The translations under genes and the position numbers were made by a program. A stretch of 26,508 nucleotides of DNA, taken from assembly GCF_006345805.1 (NCBI RefSeq), contig NW_021834747.1:1-26508 (forward strand), given 5' to 3'. The notes under the pieces were generated by a model, which made no database searches, had not been told where the DNA came from, and saw nothing but the letters and a program-made list of their open reading frames with translations. Positions 11,661-20,878 of this stretch are shown here, piece by piece (position 1 is the stretch's first letter; every line of letters begins with the position of its first letter). The stretch is from Octopus sinensis. Lineage: Eukaryota.

Positions 11661-12577
11661 AACTGTCTCGGCTCCACGAATGTGGTAGTATCAATCACCT
11701 GAGAACTTTCTGTCTACAGCAGAAGCCAACATAATCTGCAGTGCTAACAATAGCCTATTCATGACATTACGTGTATAATTTGTCGAACAGCTGTCGTCGC
11801 GTGTTAGACGGTATGGCTACTGATCGAGTCCGTCGTGAGATTAACCCTGCCATCTTCATTTACTCTGGACTGTCAGTTACTTTTCTTCTATCTGGTAGCT
11901 ATGAGGAAAGTGGGGTGTGTGATGAATGCGACTAAAGGGACAAAAGTTAGATACTTTCCTGTTCGACCAAGCTCTCTTCGATTTTCAAATTTGACACAGA
12001 AAGATGAGTGGAAGAGAAAGCGAGAGAGAGAGTGAGAGAGGGGTGGAGAGAGAGAGATGCTGTCCTTCAGTAATGTGAAAACGTTGGTGAGAGTGGTGAC
12101 CATGACTCGAACAAATGATTTTAGTGTCAATGATTATAGACAGAGAAAAGAGAGTGTACTTGGCCTTAGTGATCAGAGTAATCCTGAATCTGTGGAGTTC
12201 CTTGACTGAATAAAGATAACTGTGAGTTTTGTAGGGCACTTTTTGAAGCACTTAACAGTAAGGATATTAGTCACTTGTGGATGACTGTCTAATGATACTC
12301 AGAGGTAAAAAAAAAAAGGAAAAAATTGGTCTTTATAGACTAAATTTTATTTGCTTTCACATTTTGACAATAATTTCACGTAAACGTAAAAATGATTACT
12401 AAACAAACATGTTTTGTGTAACAGTGCACAAAACAAAAAGGACAACGCAGGAACAAACGATGCCACACAATAATGAACGCTTTCAAAAAGAAATATCTAA
12501 TAGATACAATCATATCGTTGTAGTACAAGGGATATTGTGGGGATGAATCGATTACTGAAATACAGTTAGGTTTGGTA

Positions 12578-12976
12578 TTTTTTTTTTTACTTGTTTCAGT
12601 CATTTGACTGTGGCCATGCTGGAGCACCGCCTTTAGTCGAGCAAATCGACCCCGGGACTTATTCTTTGTAAGCCCAGTACTTATTCTATCGGTCTCTTTT
12701 TGCCGAACCGCTAAGTGACGGGGACGTAAACACACCAGCATCGGTTGTCAAGCGATGTTGGGGGGACAAACACAGACACACACGCATACATATATATATA
12801 CATACATATATACGACAGGCTTCTTTCAGTTTCCGTCTACCAAATCCACTCACAAGGCATTGGTCGGTCCGGCGCTATAGCAGAAGACACTTGCCCAAGA
12901 TGCCACGCAGTGGGACTGAACCCGGAACCATGTGGTTGGTTAGCAAGCTACTTTACCACACAGCCACTCCTGCGCC
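12578..12976 (-). mobile_element. SINE family A, full length, with A-rich tail
   Basis: Reverse complement of the same head, body and tail as 3034-3444; poly-T at 12578-12588 is the tail. Confidence 0.93.
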
Positions 12977-13003
12977 TATATGGAAGAAATTTGTACGGCG
13001 GAA

Positions 13004-13189
13004 TATTGGTTTCAAATTTTGGCACAAGGCCAGCAAATTCGTGGGAGGAGGCTTGTCAATTACATCGATCCCAGTGCCGAAAGGATGGAAGGTAAAGTAG
13101 GTGCCCGCTGCATTTGAACTAAAAGCATAAAGACAGACAAAATTCCGTTAAGCACTTGCCCGGCGCTGTAACTATTCTGCCAGCTCGCC
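13004..13189 (-). mobile_element. SINE family B, diverged copy
   Basis: Minus strand ggcgagctggcagaatagttacagcgccgggcaagtgc...gttcaaatgcagcggg...ccttccatcctttcggcactgggatcgatgtaattgac, with an internal deletion. Confidence 0.8.
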
Positions 13190-13775
13190 ACCTTATGTGC
13201 GAGAGAATGTTAGTGAAAATAATAGTAACTTATTACAATGAACTGAAATGAATCTTGAAGTCGCTTTTGTTTTGCCTTGATTAATTGTTTACGAGAGTTA
13301 CTGGCAAATTGGCACTACTTCTTCAAAGAGAAGCCAACAAGATGACGGTAGATATTTATGTTAGAAAAAAAGATGAGACCATCAGGACGAGAACATCGAC
13401 AGGAGCTAAACAACGATAACAAATTCGCAAAGAGTTTGTAATCCTTTAGGCATAGCTTTCCCTGACTAATATTTCAGTATAACTGCCTTATTTAATAACT
13501 GTCAGAGATCTGGTTGCTACTTCTAGCGGGTTGAGCGATCACGTAGAGGCTCTCTCCTTGGTTCATTGTATTACCTGCATCATTTGTAATAAAATAGATT
13601 TTTAAAGACAAGCTCTATTACAATTGTTATTACTATCAAAATTTCTCTTTCACTCCCACCTATCTTCTCCCTCTCTCCCTCTCTCCCTCTCCCCTCTCTC
13701 TCCCGCTTTCTCTCCTTCTCTCCTCTCTCTCTTTTCTCTCTCTCACCTCTCTCCCTAACCTATTTTATTTTGGGT

Positions 13776-13920
13776 GTAGGCACAGTATGACCGTATAATT
13801 AAAACGTTTCGCTTCGCGATGACCAGCTTCTGGATTCCAGCCCAAAGCGTTGCCTCTTGGGCATATGTCCTCTTCTATGGCTTCATGACGGCGTATACCT
13901 TGTAAGTGAAAAATCGTTCT
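13776..13920 (+). mobile_element. Old family-A-like SINE head
   Basis: taggcacagtatgaccgtata...ttgcctcttgggcatatgtcctcttctatggc...ccttgtaagtgaa aligns loosely to the family A head and central domain. Confidence 0.5.
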
Positions 13921-14932
13921 TGTAGTTCAGAAGCTACAGCCCTTAGGACCATATCACAATGCTTCACGTTGATTCTGGCTAAGAATTATTTCAAGAGTAC
14001 ACGTGCCCCCGTGGAATGCTCAGCTACTTACACCTTAATTCAGGAGCAGGTAATGTAGTAGACCAAACAGCCGAATTCTCATCACTGAACAGCGTTGATC
14101 CACCACCACCACCACCATCATCACCCTATCTCGGGCAGTGTTGTAATGACGATGTATATTTAACAGTTTCCACTGACAAAGCGAATCATTGTTGCCTCCT
14201 TCCATAAAGTCGACATTTGTCAGAGTCTCCTAGATGCTTAGTGACTTTCTTAATCGAGTTTACATTTGATCTTGGAAATATTTCTTTTCATAGTAGCCAA
14301 CAGTTAACCGGTTTTTACTAGAGTGTGTTAACTCTTTAATAACAGGGAAGCACACTCTTTCTTAATACAGTTTCTTTCGTACAACACAGTCATCTCTTTA
14401 CACACTTTCACAGTTTCTTTTCTTTAATTGACTTGTCTTTCAACTTCACTCGTATCTACCTTCGCCTAAACAACTAATCAACAATTGGCACAATTTTCTC
14501 TTTGTATCCTCTCACTTATTCATGCATTTCATAGTTTAACTGCCACTCTGTTCTCAGTCTCGCTCACTGTTTCTCTTGGATGTCTTTCTCATCAGACAGC
14601 TCATACCAATAATCTATATCTGTTTACGGTGGTCGTTCTCTAAAATTAAACTTGGTATTCTGACAGTTGTGGATATACAAATGTTGCATTCAAAATTCCA
14701 ACAGTGTTTTTCTTATTCTCTAGAATAGGTTCTTTATCCTATTTAATATTACGCCCATACTGAGTTTAACTGTCGGATTTCTGCGTTTAAATTCTATTTA
14801 ATACTTTAAATAATTCAAAGATACCATCTGCATAAAAAGCAATAGGGTTGTTAGTATGAACTCATGTGATGCATAGAAGCATAACTAGAAATAGATACGT
14901 ATTGAGGGAGAAATCCTATTCGTGAAAGGTTC

Positions 14933-14986
<54 letters not shown>

Positions 14987-15003
14987 ATATATATATATTT
15001 AGA

Positions 15004-15483
15004 GAGTGAGATAAAAATCCAAGGGTGTGAAAGATTTCAGAACATTTATAAATAGAATGTCTTACGGCTGTTTCCGGGATATTTTATATATCCCTTCATC
15101 GGAGACGGTGTGAGAAGAAGGTTAAGCAATAGTTATTCTAGAGAAGATCCTTAGTTTTTGTAAGGAGGAAGCAATAGATGTGTCCTTAAGAGAAATGCCA
15201 AGGAATTGTTTATCCATTACTGAAGCGTTACCTGAGATAAGTGCTTCTAATAGCGAGAAATTGAGGTTATGAGAGGTAATGGTCTCAATAAGACCCAAAG
15301 ACGTCAGGTAATGCTGAGTAAGTGCTATGGACAGATTATAGTTAAGCTCCAGGTTCGGTGATTATGGAAATGAGGAGTCCAACGTAGGTTATATATCAGT
15401 ATGCGTATATATAAAAATATTTACAGAATGAGATACAAATCCAAGGCTATGAAAGCTTTCAGAACATTTATAAATAGGTCTTA
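15004..15483 (-). mobile_element. Hammerhead-bearing partial-tandem unit (422-bp period); Penelope terminal repeat or retrozyme-like
   Basis: gagata(a/c)aaatccaagg...ttcagaacatttataaatag..gtctta occurs at about 15008-15064 and about 15430-15483. A hammerhead motif lies at 15059-15106. No ORF. Confidence 0.7.
15059..15106 (-). ncRNA. Type I hammerhead motif with U4->C core variant
   Basis: Minus strand gtct-CCGATGA-a-gggatat(ataaa)atatccc-g-GAAAC-agcc-GTA-agac: 4-bp stem I, 7-bp stem II, near-palindromic stem III (ACAGCcGT), GUA cleavage triplet. Confidence 0.72.
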
Positions 15484-15516
15484 GTCAATTCAAATAAACA
15501 ATTAATTGTAAAAATT

Positions 15517-15818
15517 TCGTTCATACACTTGTCTACGTATATATATATATATATATATTCAACTATATATATATATCTGAATACAACTCACCCAACAAGA
15601 ACTCACTACTTGAACAATACTTGACTTAAACAAAACTTGACTTAAACAGGATTCGAATAATCCTATCAGGTGGTGCTATTAAGTTAGACATGGCCTGGAC
15701 CAATCTTTGGTCGAAACATATCTAAGTCTAAGTTTATCTAAGTTTATATATAAATTTCAACTATATATATAGTTGAAATTTACAGAAAAACCAAGACGTA
15801 GACAAGTGTATGAACGAA
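15517..15818. repeat. Inverted-repeat cluster: 23-bp spaced IR plus 32-bp perfect palindrome
   Basis: ttcgttcatacacttgtctacgt (15517-15539) is the reverse complement of acgtagacaagtgtatgaacgaa (15796-15818). taaatttcaactatatatatagttgaaattta at 15751-15782 is self-complementary. Confidence 0.85.
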
Positions 15819-15824
15819 AAACAG

Positions 15825-15877
<53 letters not shown>

Positions 15878-15880
<3 letters not shown>

Positions 15881-16731
15881 GGTGCATAAGATATTTGAGT
15901 ACAAATTTATGCCTGTAAAAAAACGGATATATAATAAGATAACTCTATCAAAAATGGTATGAGGATAAAAATAAACCTTTTCTATAATGTTATTCAACAA
16001 AGCCACATTCAGCTTCAATAGCTGCTTCTATATGAGATCTAAATCATGTACATGCTCGAATGAAGTGGTCCTGGTTCATTTTGGCATATTTCAAAGAATC
16101 TTTGGTGTTATAGGCGTGTTCATTGACCTCTCTCTCAACAACGCTCCATATATAATAGTCCAGTAGACAGATCTGGGGAATTAGGAGAACAAATGTTAGG
16201 GGTTATGTGATCATGAAAATTGTCAGCTATTCATTCCTGTGTTACTAGAGCCATGTGTGACAGTGCAAAGTCTTACTGAAACACGGCTTTTCATTGCATA
16301 CACTGTCTATCCAGAATTTAACAATTATTTCCAGGACCGCAATGTAGGCAGCAGGGTTAATTCTAAAGCCTTGTGGAAAGAAGTAAGGGGGCATCATCTA
16401 TCCTTCATTGCTGGCAACCCCTAAAGCCATGGCAGTTACAAGAAATTTTGTATTCATAGCACTTGGAAATTCAGAAGGGTCTGCGCATAACCATCTGTCA
16501 TGTTTCTGTTAATTGTTTGGTTTTGGTTGAAGCTTTTCTCGTTTGTGAAAAACTAAATCAAATCTGCTGGATTTTTCAGTTTGTTTAAAATCCTTTTAGA
16601 TCTGATGTAGTGATTTTCTTTTGTTGCTTTTCTGACTAACCGACCTTTCCTCATCATATAAGACTTATATCTGATATCTTCGTGGACATTTCTGACTATT
16701 CCTCTGACATATGGTGATCATTGCAACTGAC

Positions 16732-16736
<5 letters not shown>
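15878..16736 (-). mobile_element. Second decayed DD37D (maT) transposon, 5'-truncated
   Basis: TA|CAGGGTGCATAAGATATTTG TIR at 15878. Minus strand reads HEDIRYKSY..., FTNEKSFNQ, HDRWLCADPSE, TKFLVTAMALGVASNEG*MMPPYFFPQGFRIN, FQ*DFALSH...HDHITPNICSPNSPDL (D-37-D spacing after restoring a 2-nt deletion). A different subfamily from 6539-7664. Confidence 0.93.
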
Positions 16737-16778
<42 letters not shown>

Positions 16779-16786
<8 letters not shown>

Positions 16787-17029
16787 ATCACGTGACCGAC
16801 CAGACCATCAGATGTTGTTACTCATCGCTGGTCACATGCGTTCGCATTGTTTTAGCCTTCGAATGACGCCACCCCGCTGGCTAAGCGAGCAGGCCAACAG
16901 AAGAAAGAGTGGGAGAAAGAGTGGTGAAAGAGTACAGCAGGAGCCTCGTGGAGCTCACGAGGCCCGGTCTGGGAATCGAAACCGCGATCCTGCGACCGCG
17001 AGTCCGCTGCCATAACCACTAGGCCATTG

Positions 17030-17035
<6 letters not shown>
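16779..17035 (-). mobile_element. tRNA-derived SINE family C (resembles octopus OR-type, tRNA-Arg-like SINEs)
   Basis: Minus strand GAGGCGCAATGGCCTAGTGGTTATGGCAGCGGACTCGCGGTCGCAGGATCGCGGTTTCGATTCCCAGACC (A box TGGCCTAGTGG, B box GGTTTCGATTCCC), ending gtcacgtgatcacgtgat then (AT)n. The OR family name is from recall. Confidence 0.88.
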
Positions 17036-17087
<52 letters not shown>

Positions 17088-17096
17088 GATATATAT

Positions 17097-17142
<46 letters not shown>

Positions 17143-17379
17143 TTATATATATATATATATATATGCGTACATATATATATATATATATGTACATATGTAT
17201 ATCTATTTGTATGTATATGTGCATGTACATATGTAATGAATGTATCTACGTATGTATATTTCTCTCGCATATTTTGTAATCCATTTTGTATGAAACGCTT
17301 TATACTGTGTGTGAAACGTTGTGGCCAATAAAGAATTGTTCCCATTGTTGTTGATGTTGCTGTTTTCGTCATTATAAGT

Positions 17380-18240
17380 ATTTATGCTTTTGCGACTGTT
17401 GTTGTTGTTGGTGATGGTCGTGTGTATTGTTCATATCAATATTTTTGTTATTGATATGTTACTGTTTATTATCATCACGACGACGACGACCTCCACCACG
17501 ATTATAATCATCACTCATCATCATCATCATATCCATCCTCCTTCTATTTCTCAACCTCCTTCTCATCATCATCATCATCGTCAGCAGCAGCAGCAGCACC
17601 AGCACCAGCACCACCACCACCATCACCATCACCACCACACCACTACCACAATCACCATCATCAACATCATCATCATCATCATCACCACAACCACAACCAC
17701 CAACACCACGACCACCATTGCCACCACGACTGTAACCACCACCCCACCACTACCGCCACGATTATCATCATCATCATCATCATCATCATTATCGTCGTCG
17801 TCATCATTCCCATCATCCTCTTCTTCATCATCATCATCCGTAGCAGCACCCCCATCATCATCATCATCATCATTATCATCATTCCCACCATCCCCTTCCT
17901 CCTCCTCCTCCTCATCATCATCATCATCATCATCATCACTACCAGCATTACCACCACCATTACCACCACAACACGACCAAAATCACAACCACGACCGTAA
18001 CCACCACCCCACCACTACCGCCAAGATTATCATCAACATCGTCGTCGTCGTCGTCATCATTCTCATCATCCTCTTCTTCATCATCATCATCATCAGTAGC
18101 AGCACCCCATCTTCATCATCATCATTATCATCATTCCCACCATCCTCTTCATCATCATCAACATTAACATCGTCGTCATCATCATCATCATCATCATCAC
18201 ATCATCATCATCATCGCCACCATCTCTGTTATCCCTATCG
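17380..18240. repeat. Compound trinucleotide low-complexity tract (CAT/CAC/CAG/CGT/CCT) with an internal duplication of about 265 bp
   Basis: Direct reading; gtaaccaccaccccaccactaccgcca starts at both 17732 and 17997. Confidence 0.92.
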
Positions 18241-19030
18241 CCATTAATATTATTCCATAGTTACGTATATGGTTCGACTCTTAACACCAGGTGCATCCAA
18301 GTGATCCTCAGGTGTGCGTTCCGTTGTTTTTCGTTGTTGATGATTAGATTACAGATAATTTTGCATCTTTCGATTTGATTTCTTTTTTTTTTTTTTTGTT
18401 TTTTCATAACATTGCTATTGCTGCGGTTGTTAATTGTTATTATGATGCTGATGCTGCTAATGGTTGTTTTAGTGTTGCTAATATGATATTTTATTGATAG
18501 CATCAGATGCAGTAGGTAGAATATTTGAGTGATGTTACTGTATTGAGAAGATTGTGTATAACGTATGCCCTGTGCCCAGCGGGGCTATTATTTTGATTGT
18601 AAGTAACGATGCAGAAGCCTGCTAGGGTGATTATAGTTTTCTAAATGTTCCTTCCTATCATACCCAGTGATCTACTTATTATCGATACAGCCTCTATACT
18701 CTTATTCTTCTTTTCCATCTTGCTTATTTCAATTTCAAGTTCTCGTACATTGATTATCTTTACTCTCTCTCTCTCTTCAACTTTCCCTTTTGCCTTGCTC
18801 ACTCTGCTTCGCTTTCTCTCTTTCACTTCCCCACTTTTCTCTTCGCATTCCATTCTGTCTCTCGTATGCCCACTTTTTCTCTTCCATCTCTCGTCTCCAC
18901 TACACCTGCCCCACTCTCTATACACACATATATATGTATATGTGTGTGTGTGTGTGTGTGCGTGCCTGCATGTGTGTGTGTGAGTGTGTATAAATATGCC
19001 TGGATGTATTCGTAAATATATATATATACT

Positions 19031-19191
19031 TTATTAAAAATCAGCAAAAATATCGCAAAAACTGTTACACAGAGTTTCATGTTCCCATTCGGCGGATAGT
19101 TTTGTTTAGGATCTAAACAAAACTGTCCGCCGAACGGGAACGTGAAACCCTGAGTAACAGTTTTTGTGATATTTTTGCTGATTTTTAATAA
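19031..19191. repeat. Long palindrome: 79-bp arms, 3-nt spacer, 73/79 identity
   Basis: Left arm 19031-19109, spacer gat, right arm 19113-19191; 6 mismatches counted by hand. Confidence 0.95.
19119..19164 (+). ncRNA. Hammerhead-shaped motif with non-canonical CCGCCGA core (right arm; mirror copy at about 19058-19103 on the minus strand)
   Basis: aaaactgt-CCGCCGA-acg(ggaa)cgt-GAAAC-cctga-GTA-acagtttt: 8-bp stem I, GNRA-capped stem II, GAAAC and GUA are in correct register. Confidence 0.62.
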
Positions 19192-19370
19192 TACATATTT
19201 TTCTACCTCTGGTATTTATGAGAGTTTTTTAGTTCGAATCGCACGTGTCTCGAGATGGGCTAGGGAGTTTCTATTTTGGATATATTTGGGGTACTTAATT
19301 GTGCTCATGACTTAGTGTTCGCTTCTTCCATGGATATAAGTAAGTATCTCACTTATTTCTTTGCCGCATT

Positions 19371-19424
19371 TATCACTGATGAAGGGAAGGTTCCTATGAA
19401 CTAACTCTGAAATCGTGTCCGATA
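19371..19424 (+). ncRNA. Type I hammerhead motif with canonical core
   Basis: tatca-CTGATGA-aggg..ggttc(ctat)gaact..ctct-GAAA-t-cgt-GTC-cgata: canonical core and GUC site; stem I tatc/gata with an A.C mismatch at the junction. Confidence 0.65.
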
Positions 19425-19639
19425 TGGTAATAACGGTTTTTTTTAGAAATTTCTGTCGGCTTTCTTCGAAACGCGTGTTTGTAGTGATAAATACATGGTT
19501 ATTGACGTTATGTCTATTTTCGGCATATTTTCGCATTAGAATTTTTTTCTTTTGCCCTTACTTATAAATTGTTTATAATTTTACCTTTAAAGGTATTTTT
19601 TAATATGCTGACCATTGATAGAATTGTTTTTCGAAAACT

Positions 19640-19788
19640 TATATATATTTCGTTTCTCGTTGAGTTCTACGTCTAGTTGTGGTGTCCTGTACTCACGTAT
19701 ATATATTTATATATGCATGTATATATACATGTAGATGTAGGTACGTACATATATGTTTGTATGTATGCATATATATTATTTATTACAC

Positions 19789-19790
<2 letters not shown>
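19640..19790 (+). repeat. Inverted copy of the terminal repeat of the 2215-3504 element
   Basis: tttcgtttctcgttgagttctacg...tgtcctgtac...atatgcatgtatatatacat..gtagatgtaggta is the reverse complement of about 2260-2385. Confidence 0.8.
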
Positions 19791-19821
<31 letters not shown>

Positions 19822-19895
19822 TATATATATATTATATTATTTATATTATTATGTATATATATATGTAGATCTATATATGTATGTATGTATATGTG

Positions 19896-20151
19896 GAGGC
19901 GCAATGGCCCAGTGGTTAGGGCAGCGGATACGCGGTCGTAGAGTGTTTATATTGAGCGAAAACACCTAAAGCTCCACGAGGCTCCTGCAGGGGGTGATGG
20001 CGATCCCTGCTGTACTCTTTCGCCACAACTTTCTCTCACTCTTTCTTCTGTTGGCCTGCTTGCTTATTTGAAGGCTAAAACAATGCGAAGTGCATTGTGA
20101 CCAGCGATGTGTAGCAACATCTGATAACCTGGTCGGTCACGGTGATCACGG

Positions 20152-20155
<4 letters not shown>
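19896..20155 (+). mobile_element. SINE family C, copy lacking the B-box segment
   Basis: GAGGCGCAATGGCCCAGTGGTTAGGGCAGCGG...gctccacgaggctcc...ggtcggtcacggtgatcacggtgat; homologous to 16779-17035 and flanked by (TA)n-rich sequence. Confidence 0.88.
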
Positions 20156-20187
<32 letters not shown>

Positions 20188-20193
<6 letters not shown>

Positions 20194-20812
20194 GAAATAT
20201 TAAAATAACTAAGTCCTCTAAAAGAGAACAGCGGCAGCGTTCCCGGAAAATAATAGTTATCGCCATACTAATATGGCATTCTTATAAAATAAGAAAAAAG
20301 CTGTCCGCTTATTAGCTCCATGAGGCCATCGCCTTAAGTTAGCTATTTGTGTATCAAATAGCAACTTAAGGCGATGGCCTCATGGAGCTAATAAGCGGAC
20401 AGCTTTTTTCTTATTTTTAAAGAATGCCATATTAGTATGGCGATAACTATTATTTTCCGGAACGCTGCAGCTGTTCTCTTTAGAGAGACTTAGTTATTTT
20501 AATATTTCTATTATTGAAAACAAGTGTGGTATTCCATTCACCGAAACTAGGTAAATAAAACCATCGAACAGAGATTGTCGGAAGCGACACCTACTGGCTG
20601 GCTACGCTGCATTGAAAAAGGGGCAATACCCCGAACGTGTCTGTAGCTGCCGGTCAAGTAGTGTGGAGCGACTGACCTCCCTTGTTCGAAGGTTATATGG
20701 ATACAGTTTGTGTATCAAATAGCTAACTTATGGCGATAGCCTCATGGAGCTAATAAGCGGACAGCTTTTTTCTTATTTTTATAAGAATGCCATATTAGTA
20801 TGGCGATAACTA

Positions 20813-20819
<7 letters not shown>
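20188..20819 (+). mobile_element. Inverted-plus-tandem element: palindrome with about 160-bp arms (20188-20514) and a 361-bp direct repeat; Penelope-like or retrozyme-like
   Basis: Arms 20188-20349 and 20355-20514 surround the loop tgtat. tttgtgtatcaaatagc...gataactattattt recurs at about 20346 and about 20707 (period 361). A degenerate hammerhead lies at 20606-20647. Confidence 0.75.
20606..20647 (+). ncRNA. Degenerate hammerhead motif (U3/A8 core, one A missing from GAAA)
   Basis: gctgca-TTGAAAA-a-gggg(caata)cccc-GAAC-gt-GTC-tgtagc: stem I 6 bp (one G.U), stem II 4 GC pairs, GUC site. Confidence 0.5.

Positions 20820-20878
<59 letters not shown>

Noticed and set aside
14560-14602. Minus-strand CTGATGA...GAAAC
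   Set aside because: The intervening 15 nt cannot pair, position 17 is G, and there is no stem I.
15059-15106. Idea that the two T->C deviations in this hammerhead record ADAR editing of an antisense RNA
   Set aside because: Only two sites, no consensus available, and they are on the wrong strand for the presumed retrotransposed RNA.
15680-15730. gacca(atctt)tggtc-GAAAC as a seventh hammerhead
   Set aside because: No CUGANGA-like box upstream and no clear NUH; at most a relic.
17384-18247. 287-aa His/Ser/Thr-rich ORF
   Set aside because: Translation of a compound trinucleotide microsatellite; several overlapping frames are similarly open.
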